Shown: positions 41,303 to 49,632 of the stretch, piece after piece
How the letters are laid out: every line of letters begins with the position of its first letter
Numbering within the stretch: the stretch's first letter is position 1
Assembly: GCA_902623185.1 (NCBI GenBank)
Contig: CACNSW010000002.1
Location: 23,654 to 87,653 of the forward strand
Length of the DNA stretch: 64,000 nucleotides
Direction of reading: 5' to 3'
Source: an uncultured SAR116 cluster alpha proteobacterium
GTDB taxonomy: Bacteria; Pseudomonadota; Alphaproteobacteria; Puniceispirillales; Puniceispirillaceae
The notes under the pieces: model-generated
What the model saw: only the letters and a program-made list of their open reading frames with translations
Told to the model about the DNA's origin: nothing
Database searches by the model: none
Position numbers and translations under genes: made by a program

Positions 41303-41666
41303 CGTAGGAACTCTTTTGTCTGTTATATTTCTGGCTGCCTGTGCCGATAAGTCAGCGGAAATTAGTGCAACCTACGTATCACCTCTAGCGTATAAATCCT
41401 ACGATTGCGACCAACTCGAGCAAGAATACCTCCGCCTCCAACGTAGAGGCACCGAAATAATGAAGCAGCAGGATGACACCGCTTCAGATGATAGCGTGGC
41501 AATGGGTGTTGGTTTAGTTTTATTTTGGCCAGCGCTTTTCTTCATCGATAATGACGACGTGAGAGAGGAAGTTGCTCGAATCAAAGGTGAACTTGAGGCT
41601 GTAGAGCAAGCTTCAATACAAAAAAAATGCCTGACTCTATCTAATGAAATCTCAAAATCAAAATAG
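41286..41666 (+). CDS. Lipoprotein of unknown function with a C-proximal hydrophobic segment
   Basis: Lipobox FLAAC after MKAASIVGTLLSVI. YVSPLAYKSYDCDQLEQE...VGLVLFWPALFF...IKGELEAVEQASIQKKC. AGGA lies 10 nt upstream. Confidence 0.7.
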   Translation: MKAASIVGTLLSVIFLAACADKSAEISATYVSPLAYKSYDCDQLEQEYLRLQRRGTEIMKQQDDTASDDSVAMGVGLVLFWPALFFIDNDDVREEVARIKGELEAVEQASIQKKCLTLSNEISKSK

Positions 41667-41731
41667 CACATAAGAAGCCAATTTCAGTGTCAGTTGATGG
41701 ACTTGGCAGTTGCCATCCAAGATTGCCGAAG

Positions 41732-41902
41732 TCAATGATGACCATCGGCAGAGATGTAAGTGCCAAAACAATTATCCCAATGAGCGGGCAAGTTTGGAGG
41801 ACAGGATAGAAGGCTAGAGATTTTTTGACCTGAGAATCCTCGTCTGGCACAGCTAAGCGACAGAATCAACCCAAGCAATAATGTAGACAGGGCTTTTTTC
41901 AT
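41732..41902 (-). pseudogene. 56-codon ORF resembling the N-terminus of a MORN-repeat exported protein (truncated remnant or small protein)
   Basis: MKKALSTLLLGLILSLSC...CPPNLPAHWDNCFGTYISADGHH*, compared with LPDCPSSRTAPWTNCFGSYVFDSGGKYVGEW in the 37405-39606 product. No MORN repeats follow in any frame. Confidence 0.3.
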
Positions 41903-42142
41903 GCCTAAATTTTAGCTAAATGCTGTTGGTGAGCTCAAACTAGAGGGCGACTTCAACCATCTCACGACCAACCTGTTAAAATTAGCATCCGGGATTTGAC
42001 ACAGCTTTAAGCGGAAATTTATGAGCAAGGCACAATAACGCCTCGATTGGATCATACGCAGTTTCTTATACTTTTGTGCTTCTTACTTTTCGATGCAATT
42101 TTGATAAAATTTTCCTGTAGTTTATTGAATTCACCGTAATTA

Positions 42143-42218
42143 TGGTGGGTGGTGAGGGGCTCGAACCCCCGACCTACTCGGTGTAAACGAGTTGCTCTCC
42201 CAGCTGAGCTAACCACCC
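42143..42218 (-). tRNA. tRNA-Val (TAC)
   Basis: 76 nt. Acceptor GGGTGGT/ACCACCC, anticodon loop TTTACAC, T-loop GGTTCGAGCCC, encoded CCA. Confidence 0.93.
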
Positions 42219-42313
42219 AAAACCATAATATCGCCGTCCAAAGCACGGAATATGCGGTAAACAGGAACGCCGTCCTTTGATATCGGTCCGGCGCTCAAAC
42301 AGATGGAAGATAA

Positions 42314-42589
42314 TTAACCGTTTACGGCGTCCTTCAAGGGCGCGCCGGCCTTGAATTTGGGCTGCTTTGAAGCCTTAATCTGAATTGTTTCGCCAGTACG
42401 AGGATTACGGCCTGTAGTGGCAGCGCGGTGGGCCACAGAAAATGTACCAAAACCAACAATGCGAACATCGCCACCTGATTTAAGAGAACCAGCAATACTG
42501 TCAAAGACAGCGTCAACTGCACGGCCTGCGTCAGCCTTTGTTAAGCCTGATGAGTCTGCAACTGATGATATAAGATCATTTTTATTCAT
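42314..42589 (-). CDS. hupB: HU family DNA-binding protein
   Basis: MNKNDLI...GFGTF...RNPRTGE.I.I...PKFKAG; 91 aa. Confidence 0.93.
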   Translation of the reverse strand: MNKNDLISSVADSSGLTKADAGRAVDAVFDSIAGSLKSGGDVRIVGFGTFSVAHRAATTGRNPRTGETIQIKASKQPKFKAGAPLKDAVNG

Positions 42590-42719
42590 GGTTCGAACCC
42601 CCGAAAATTAGTATGTGTAAGGTATGTAAACGGTACAGAAAATAACGAAAAAGGCCAGAAAAAAGCACAAAGATTGGCAAAAAGCTAAACTCGCTCCTGA
42701 ATTTCCACAATTTTTCGGC

Positions 42720-45128
42720 TCAATGAGCGACTATATCGTCGCTACCAGCACTTTCATCTGTGCTCCCTATCGGTGCCTTGTGATCCGACGCAATCGCCGA
42801 GGGGAGAGGCTCACTAGTTAGAGCTTTTGAAAGTACTTCGTCGACCATAGCGACAGGAACAATCTTAAGCCCATCTTTAACATTATCCGGAATGTCAACG
42901 AGGTCCTTTTCGTTATCTTTAGGGATCAGAACGGTACTAAGCCCTCCACGAAGTGCAGCAAGCAGCTTTTCTTTAAGGCCACCGATTGGGAGCACCCGTC
43001 CTCGCAATGTAATCTCGCCAGTCATCGCCACGTCACGGCGGACATTGATACCGGTGACCGCCGAAATAATAGAAGTGGCCATTGCAACACCGGCTGATGG
43101 TCCATCTTTTGGCGTTGCACCTTCAGGAACGTGGACATGAATATCGTGCTTAGCAAGATCCTCAAGGTCAATGCCATAAGCCTGCGCCCTTGATTTAATG
43201 AAAAATTCTGCTGCCTGTATGGACTCTTTCATTACCTCACCGAGTTTTCCGGTAGCACTAACCTTACCCTTGCCAGGAACGCGTACCGCCTCGATTTGGA
43301 GCAACTCACCACCTACATCCGTCCAAGCAAGACCAGTCGTCACTCCCACCTGATCTTTTGCCTCGATCTCACCGAACCTATACCTTACAACACCAAGGAA
43401 TTCTTCGATGTTCTCAGGCGAAACGCTTACGCTTGTGGCCTCATGACTGACAATCCTGGCTACTGTCTTGCGCGCAAGTTTAGCAATTTCCCGTTCAAGA
43501 TTACGGACGCCTGCTTCGCGCGTGTAATAACGGATAACGTGGCGTATCGCCTCATCACTGATCGACAATTCTCCGTCTTGGATACCGTGGTCGTCCATTT
43601 GGCGACCGATCAGGTGTCGCTTCGCGATTTCTAGCTTTTCGTCTTCAGTGTAGCCAGACAATCGTATAATTTCCATCCTGTCCATAAGTGGTTGGGGCAT
43701 ATTAAGGGTATTTGCAGTTGTAATAAACATCACGTTCGAAAGATCAAGATCGAGTTCTAGATAATGATCTTGAAAACTGTTATTCTGAGCTGGATCTAAC
43801 ACTTCAAGAAGCGCTGACGTCGGGTCACCTCGCCAATCCGCACCAAGCTTGTCAACTTCGTCTAGCAGAAACAGCGGATTGTTAGTGCCCGCCTTTTTCA
43901 TACCCTGAACGACCTTGCCAGGCATTGAGCCTATGTACGTGCGGCGATGGCCTCGGATTTCTGCTTCGTCTCGCACGCCCCCCAGTGCCATGCGGACATA
44001 TTTACGTCCGGTTGCCCGAGCAATTGACTTTCCAAGCGACGTTTTACCAACGCCGGGAGGGCCAACAAGGCACAAGATTGGGCCCTTCATCGCTTTTGTT
44101 CTTTGCTGGACTGCCAAGAATTCTACAATTCTATCCTTTACCTTTTCTAACCCAAAGTGGTCGGCATCAAGAATCTCTCGGGCGAGTTTTATATCTTTTT
44201 TGAGACGACTTGATTTTTTCCAAGGTACAGCAAGCATCCAATCTAGGTAATTGCGAACGACCGTTGCCTCTGCACTCATTGGCCCCATATTACGTAGCTT
44301 TTTTAGCTCTGCATCAGCTTTTTCCCGCGCTGCCTTTGGCATTTTCACTCCCGCAAGAGCTGCTTCCAGTTCGTCTACCTCGTTCCCACCATCCTCACTG
44401 TCACCTAACTCTTTTTGGATGGCCTTCATCTGCTCGTTCAGATAATACTCGCGCTGGGTTTTCTCCATTTGCCTTTTGACACGGTTCCGCACGCGCTTTT
44501 CTACCTGCAACGCACCGATTTCACCCTCCATTAGACCAAAGATACGCTCCAACCGTTCATGGATATTCAGCTGCTCTAGAAGGTCCTGCTTTTCCGAAAT
44601 CTTAATCGCCATATGAGACGCTATCATATCAGCGATTTTGTCGGCCTCATCAACCTGCTCAATCGCATTAAGGACCTCTGAGGCCACCTTTTTGTTGAAT
44701 TTGATATATTGCTCAAATTGTTGAACTGTTGCTCGCGCAAGACCCGCGGTGTCAACGCCCTGATCTCCGTGCTGCTCAGCTATAACCGCATCGACAGACA
44801 AAAAACCAGCGTCAGAATTCAAGCGCTCGGGAAGGATCTGTACTCGTTCGCCACCTTCGACAAGCACCTTCACAGCGCCGTCAGGCAGCTTCAAGAGTTG
44901 CAAGATAGAGCCAACCGTTCCTGTCGTGTAAAGCCCATCTGCACTGGGATCTTCTAAATCGGCCTCAGTCTGGGTTATGAGAATAATCTGTTTGTCTTCG
45001 GCCATTACAGCTTCCAAAGCCTTGATAGATTTTTCACGGCCCACAAACAACGGCACAATCATATGAGGAAAAACGACAATATCGCGCAAGGGTAGGACAG
45101 GCAGTGAAATAAATTGTTGCTCTGGCAT
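42720..45128 (-). CDS. lon: ATP-dependent Lon protease
   Basis: LPVLPLRDIVVFPHM LON N-domain, Walker A GPPGVGKTS, and catalytic PKDGPSAG. Start at ATG 45128; the track ORF to 45215 would swallow the promoter. Confidence 0.95.
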   Translation of the reverse strand: MPEQQFISLPVLPLRDIVVFPHMIVPLFVGREKSIKALEAVMAEDKQIILITQTEADLEDPSADGLYTTGTVGSILQLLKLPDGAVKVLVEGGERVQILPERLNSDAGFLSVDAVIAEQHGDQGVDTAGLARATVQQFEQYIKFNKKVASEVLNAIEQVDEADKIADMIASHMAIKISEKQDLLEQLNIHERLERIFGLMEGEIGALQVEKRVRNRVKRQMEKTQREYYLNEQMKAIQKELGDSEDGGNEVDELEAALAGVKMPKAAREKADAELKKLRNMGPMSAEATVVRNYLDWMLAVPWKKSSRLKKDIKLAREILDADHFGLEKVKDRIVEFLAVQQRTKAMKGPILCLVGPPGVGKTSLGKSIARATGRKYVRMALGGVRDEAEIRGHRRTYIGSMPGKVVQGMKKAGTNNPLFLLDEVDKLGADWRGDPTSALLEVLDPAQNNSFQDHYLELDLDLSNVMFITTANTLNMPQPLMDRMEIIRLSGYTEDEKLEIAKRHLIGRQMDDHGIQDGELSISDEAIRHVIRYYTREAGVRNLEREIAKLARKTVARIVSHEATSVSVSPENIEEFLGVVRYRFGEIEAKDQVGVTTGLAWTDVGGELLQIEAVRVPGKGKVSATGKLGEVMKESIQAAEFFIKSRAQAYGIDLEDLAKHDIHVHVPEGATPKDGPSAGVAMATSIISAVTGINVRRDVAMTGEITLRGRVLPIGGLKEKLLAALRGGLSTVLIPKDNEKDLVDIPDNVKDGLKIVPVAMVDEVLSKALTSEPLPSAIASDHKAPIGSTDESAGSDDIVAH

Positions 45129-45183
45129 GTGCTTTCTCCGATGTCCGCGATTACGCAAGGGCTGCTGCTTTTTCCTGAATGGC

Positions 45184-45211
45184 ATATGGGAAATAGAAGA
45201 CAGGCTTTCAA
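45184..45211 (-). promoter_or_regulatory. RpoH (sigma32)-type heat-shock promoter candidate for lon
   Basis: On the minus strand, GTTGAAA-N14-TCCCATAT lies 56 nt upstream of the ATG. It shares the CCCATAT -10 with the clpP candidate. Confidence 0.45.
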
Positions 45212-45300
45212 CCAAACAAGGTTCGAAATTTACGAAAATTTCAAGTAAACTTGGGTTTTTCTAGCACTTTGGAACACTTCGAATGGATTTAATAGACGGC

Positions 45301-46563
45301 TCAAGCACGTTGATTGACCCCCTTTGCTGTCTTTGAATGAACAACCAGGGGCGCAGCACCTTCATTCACGACATCGCTGTTAATTACAACCTCTTCAATG
45401 TCACCAGATGTCGGGATATCAAACATTGGCTCCATCAGAATGTTTTCTAGAATTGAACGCAAGCCTCGAGCTCCAGTTTTGCGAGCAATAGCCTTCTGCG
45501 CAATAGCATTCAGAGCATCCTCACGGAATTCCAGCGAAACATTATCCATTTCAAAAAGCTTTTGATACTGCTTTACAAGTGCGTTGCGAGGCTCAGTTAA
45601 AATCCGGACTAGGGCCTCCTCATCAAGATCCTCGAGCGTAGCCACAACAGGAAGACGACCAACAAACTCTGGGATGAGTCCAAATTTAATTAGATCCTCG
45701 GGCTCAAGCGAACACAGTAATTCACCAATCTTGCGATCATCTGGGGCTCTCACGTCAGCACCGAACCCAATTCCGGCACCACTATCCCGCCCAGCAATCA
45801 GTTTATCGAGACCAGCAAAGGCACCGCCACATATAAACAATATGTTAGTCGTGTCGACCTGTAGAAATTCCTGCTGTGGGTGTTTACGGCCACCCTGTGG
45901 CGGCACCGACGCAACCGTACCTTCCATGATTTTCAGAAGCGCCTGCTGGACACCTTCGCCCGAAACATCCCGGGTAATTGAGGGGTTATCAGCCTTGCGT
46001 GATATCTTGTCCACTTCGTCGATGTAAACAATGCCGCGCTGGGCACGCTCAACGTTATAATCAGCAGCTTGCAAAAGTTTCAGAATGATATTTTCCACAT
46101 CTTCACCGACATAGCCAGCCTCGGTCAGAGTTGTAGCATCTGCCATGGTGAAAGGCACATCCAACATCCTTGCCAGCGTCTGCGCTAGCAGCGTCTTGCC
46201 GCATCCTGTTGGACCGACAAGCAATATATTGGACTTTGAGATCTCAACATCACCAGTTTTGCCAGCGTTAGCCAACCGCTTGTAGTGATTATGCACCGCG
46301 ACAGAGAGCATCCGCTTAGCACGTGCCTGGCCAATCACGTACTCATCCAAAACACCATTAATATCGGCTGGCGTCGGCACTCCATCATGCCCCTTGGAAA
46401 GAGATGTTCTATGTTCTTCCCGTATAATGTCCATGCAAAGCTCGACACACTCGTCGCAGATAAATACGGTAGGACCAGCAATCAGTTTGCGGACCTCATG
46501 TTGGCTTTTCCCACAGAATGAACAGAAAAGCGTACCTTTTTTTCCGTCTTCAATCTTAGCCAT
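45301..46563 (-). CDS. clpX: ATP-dependent Clp protease ATP-binding subunit ClpX
   Basis: Zinc ribbon CSFCGK...CDEC and Walker A GPTGCGKT. Confidence 0.96.
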   Translation of the reverse strand: MAKIEDGKKGTLFCSFCGKSQHEVRKLIAGPTVFICDECVELCMDIIREEHRTSLSKGHDGVPTPADINGVLDEYVIGQARAKRMLSVAVHNHYKRLANAGKTGDVEISKSNILLVGPTGCGKTLLAQTLARMLDVPFTMADATTLTEAGYVGEDVENIILKLLQAADYNVERAQRGIVYIDEVDKISRKADNPSITRDVSGEGVQQALLKIMEGTVASVPPQGGRKHPQQEFLQVDTTNILFICGGAFAGLDKLIAGRDSGAGIGFGADVRAPDDRKIGELLCSLEPEDLIKFGLIPEFVGRLPVVATLEDLDEEALVRILTEPRNALVKQYQKLFEMDNVSLEFREDALNAIAQKAIARKTGARGLRSILENILMEPMFDIPTSGDIEEVVINSDVVNEGAAPLVVHSKTAKGVNQRA

Positions 46564-46711
46564 AATAAAGGCTCCTTACCGCGTGTCTCGACCCATTAGG
46601 TCCAGGATTTGATTAAGTTTAAATTAGTGTAGAGGTGCAACGCCTCGATATTCAATTGAAAATTTCACTTTAGTTGCAATTCACATGCCTTAACGGACTA
46701 ATTAGTTGTGA

Positions 46712-47341
46712 CTAAGTATCCTTGTCAGGCGCCGGGCGGTTTTCTACCACAGCGTCAATCAGGCCAAATTGTTTAGCATCCTCAGCGGTCATGAAGGTAT
46801 CTCGTTCCATAATTTTTTCGATTTGTTTTAATGACTTGCCAGTGTGTTTTTCATAAATCCCATTCAATCGACGACGCAAATCGAGTATTTCCTTAGCGTG
46901 GATTTCGATATCACTCGCTTGGCCCTGAAAGCCACCGCTTGGTTGATGCGTCATTATGCGAGCGTTAGGCAGGGAATATCGTTTACCAGGCGCTCCTGCT
47001 GTTAGCAAAAGTGATCCCATTGAAGCCGCCTGCCCCATACAAACGGTGGATACCTCGGGGCGGATGTATTCCATCGTGTCATATATTGCCAAACCAGACG
47101 TCACAATGCCCCCCGGCGAGTTGATGTACATTGATATGTCTTTGTTGGGATTTTCAGACTCCAAAAACAATAATTGCGAACAAATGAGAGCTGCCAACCC
47201 ATCATCAACTGGCCCGTTCAGGAAAATAATCCGTTCCTTCAGCAGGCGAGAAAAAATGTCATAGGCCCGCTCACCACGGTTGGTTTGCTCAACGACCATG
47301 GGAACCAGATTGGCGCTGGTTTTGTCGAGATCACTCATCAA
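46712..47341 (-). CDS. clpP: ATP-dependent Clp protease proteolytic subunit
   Basis: [14 protein letters not shown] (Ser) and MTHQPSGG (His). Confidence 0.96.
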   Translation of the reverse strand: MMSDLDKTSANLVPMVVEQTNRGERAYDIFSRLLKERIIFLNGPVDDGLAALICSQLLFLESENPNKDISMYINSPGGIVTSGLAIYDTMEYIRPEVSTVCMGQAASMGSLLLTAGAPGKRYSLPNARIMTHQPSGGFQGQASDIEIHAKEILDLRRRLNGIYEKHTGKSLKQIEKIMERDTFMTAEDAKQFGLIDAVVENRPAPDKDT

Positions 47342-47435
47342 CTTTCTCCTTTAAACGCCCTGCACCAATACGGCGAGAGTGAGACCAATCAATACTTACG
47401 CTAGCGCGCAAAATGCGTGGCGTAGTGCACATTCG

Positions 47436-47465
47436 ATATATGGGAATGGTAAAAATGGGTTCAAG
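47436..47465 (-). promoter_or_regulatory. RpoH (sigma32)-type heat-shock promoter candidate for clpP
   Basis: On the minus strand, CTTGAA-N14-TCCCATAT lies about 95 nt upstream of the clpP ATG. Confidence 0.45.
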
Positions 47466-47559
47466 CAAAGCGGGCCCCTGTCGATTTTAAAACACCAAGA
47501 CAAAAGGGTAAATCGCACACGCCCAAAATCTTGGTTACTGGATAACCACAATTATTAGA

Positions 47560-49059
47560 TTATTTTGGTACTTTTTTAGCCATTTTTTTCAACGAGCCGC
47601 TCTTACCTCGAGCCTTTTTTGCCGAATTTTTGCCGGCGGTTGCCTTTTTAGCGACTTTTTTAGCTGCCTTTTTAGTCACTTTCTTAGCAGCCTTTCGTTC
47701 CGGTGCCGCAGTCTCTTCATTTTCAGCGTAAAGTGTTTCCACGTTCGTTTTAACTTCCGTCACATCGGCCAGTTCCATAATAAAGTCGATTGTCTTGTCT
47801 TCGAATATTGGGCCAGCAAGCTGTTGCATTGCCTCTGGGTTTTTTTGAAAATACTCCCAGACCATCTGTTCCTGACCTGGATAGCGACGGGTTTCTTCCA
47901 TCATCGCTTTTCGAGTGTCTTCCTCAGTCACGTCGATGTTGTTAGCTCGGCCGATCTCGGTCAGCAGCAAGCCTAGACGGACACGGCGCTCAGCAACTGC
48001 GCGCGCCTCTTGTTTTGCGGTTTCGTCCATGCCTTGATCAGCAGCGGTGTTGCTGTGATCAGGGTCAGCGCCTTCATACCCCTCATCTTGATGCGTTGTT
48101 GGATTCATCGCCCGCGCGACTGATTTATATTCCTGATCAAACAGCGATGGAGGAATTTCAAATTCATCACCCTCTGCCAGAGCGTCCAGCACGTTCTTCT
48201 TCAACGCCTGCCTCAAAGCGGTCGCGTGTTGTGAATTAATCTGTTCACGAATAGCAACCTTTAGGCCCTCAAGGTTTTCAAAACCAAGGCGAACGCCAAG
48301 GCTATCATCTATCTTGGCCTCACCCTGTTCTCGCATCTCCTGAACGGTTACCGAAAACACAGCTGGCTTACCAGCAAGGTGCGCAGCCTGATAGTCCTCA
48401 GGAAAATTAACGGCTACATCCAATTGGTCACCAACCTTTGCGCCAACCAACCCATCTTCAAAACCGGGGACGAAACTATTAGAGCCCAGCTCTAATGAGT
48501 GAGCCTCGGCTGATCCACCCTCGAAAGCTTCACCATCTATTCTTCCTATAAAATCGATCACCAAAATATCACCGGATTTTGCGGCGCGCTTTTTTTCTAC
48601 CGCAACACTTGGCTTGTTGTCATCGGCGATGCTAGCCAAAGCCTCATCAACCTCATTGTCGTCAGCCTCTAGAGTTGGCCGCTCAATGGATAATTTTGAA
48701 AGGTCCGGCAAGCCTATCTGCGGCATCACCTCACAAGTCAGTGATGCTTCCAAATCTTTACCTTCTTCATAACTCTTGATATCGACGTTCGGTTGGCTTG
48801 CAAGACGCAAGTCATTGCCCTCAATCGCTTGTTTTGCACCTTCGTCAAGCGCTGCCTTGATAACATCACCCTGCGCCTGAGAGCCAAAACGCGACTTAAC
48901 CACCGACATTGGAACTTTGCCGGGGCGAAAACCTGGCATATTTACGGTCTTGGAAATCTCCGTTAGCTTTGCTGAAACGTCAGACTCTATCTCATCGGCT
49001 GTAATTAAGATTGAGTATTCACGAACAAGCCCCTCAGCTTTGGTCTCTGAAACATTCAT
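47560..49059 (-). CDS. tig: Trigger factor with a Lys/Ala-rich C-terminal tail
   Basis: GFRPGKVP ribosome-binding motif and an FKBP-type PPIase middle domain. ATG 49059 (MNVSETKAEGL) has GAAGGAA upstream; the track start at 49068 is TTG. Confidence 0.94.
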   Translation of the reverse strand: MNVSETKAEGLVREYSILITADEIESDVSAKLTEISKTVNMPGFRPGKVPMSVVKSRFGSQAQGDVIKAALDEGAKQAIEGNDLRLASQPNVDIKSYEEGKDLEASLTCEVMPQIGLPDLSKLSIERPTLEADDNEVDEALASIADDNKPSVAVEKKRAAKSGDILVIDFIGRIDGEAFEGGSAEAHSLELGSNSFVPGFEDGLVGAKVGDQLDVAVNFPEDYQAAHLAGKPAVFSVTVQEMREQGEAKIDDSLGVRLGFENLEGLKVAIREQINSQHATALRQALKKNVLDALAEGDEFEIPPSLFDQEYKSVARAMNPTTHQDEGYEGADPDHSNTAADQGMDETAKQEARAVAERRVRLGLLLTEIGRANNIDVTEEDTRKAMMEETRRYPGQEQMVWEYFQKNPEAMQQLAGPIFEDKTIDFIMELADVTEVKTNVETLYAENEETAAPERKAAKKVTKKAAKKVAKKATAGKNSAKKARGKSGSLKKMAKKVPK

Positions 49060-49191
49060 GGAACACAAAATTCCTTCTTTTTCCGCGGCGTTTGTGGCTT
49101 ATCTGGGGAAACCGCCAAAATCCGCTCTAGCTACGTTCCCAACATGATGCTGAGAACTCCCAAATACCCACCAACTTCTCTTGCAAGATGG

Positions 49192-49276
49192 TGGTGCGGG
49201 CGGAGGGACTTGAACCCCCACGACTTTCGCCACTGGTACCTAAAACCAGCGCGTCTACCAATTCCGCCACGCCCGC
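49192..49276 (-). tRNA. tRNA-Leu (TAG)
   Basis: 85 nt with a long variable arm. Acceptor GCGGGCG/CGCCCGC, anticodon loop TTTAGGT, encoded CCA. Confidence 0.92.
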
Positions 49277-49363
49277 AAAATTTCTCGGCGTCACCGCGCC
49301 CGCGTAAAACGCCCACGTGTGAACAACTATGACCTTTTAACCCCGCATGTGTTGAGGTTATGG

Positions 49364-49441
49364 TGGGGCGAGTGACCGGTTTCGAACCGGCGACCTCCAG
49401 TGCCACAAACTGGCGCTCTAACCAACTGAGCTACACCCGCC
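49364..49441 (-). tRNA. tRNA-His (GTG) with genomically encoded G-1 opposite C73
   Basis: G-1 plus GCGGGTG/CACTCGC acceptor, anticodon loop TTGTGGC, C73, CCA. A second CCA follows at 49361-49363. Confidence 0.9.
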
Positions 49442-49632
49442 ACTAAGCAACTCTAAAGCCTGTTTTTTCCCAACCGATAAAATGCGCAAGATGTTAAATT
49501 CACGGCGGCAACATAGTCGAAGGCGATTTGGCATGCAAGCGCGTTTTCCTACACAAACAAATAAAACTGTCAATTGTGGCTCGAGCTTCTATCCGTTCCC
49601 AAATTTCACTAAAAATAAAGAGAAAATTTAAG

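Larger units (their letters stand above)
28402..42142. other. AT-rich accessory block (putative genomic island remnant) abutting the 3' end of tRNA-Val and containing tRNA-Asp
   Basis: My counts on single 60-nt lines: 27301-27360 60% GC and 16561-16620 52% (core), against 29101-29160 42%, 33001-33060 42%, 34021-34080 32% and 37021-37080 27%. Several non-coding spacers of 240-700 nt. The gene content is exported or of unknown function. The left boundary is approximate. Confidence 0.55.

Noticed and set aside
41641-41850. 69-aa minus-strand ORF overlapping the lipoprotein 3' end and the MORN-like stump.
   Set aside because: There is no RBS or recognisable motif. It overlaps two better-supported ORFs in other frames.
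28402-42142. I looked for a gasdermin-like, NLR/STAND, nuclease or other defence-effector partner that would make the proteases part of a known anti-phage or cell-death module.
   Set aside because: None of the ORFs has a gasdermin-like N-terminus, a P-loop NTPase or nuclease motifs. All four proteases carry export signals, which argues against a cytoplasmic abortive-infection role. I therefore do not claim a defence system.
28402-42218. I looked for integrase or transposase genes and for direct repeats of the tRNA-Asp or tRNA-Val 3' halves (att sites).
   Set aside because: I found neither by eye. The island interpretation rests only on composition, tRNA adjacency and gene content, and is scored accordingly.
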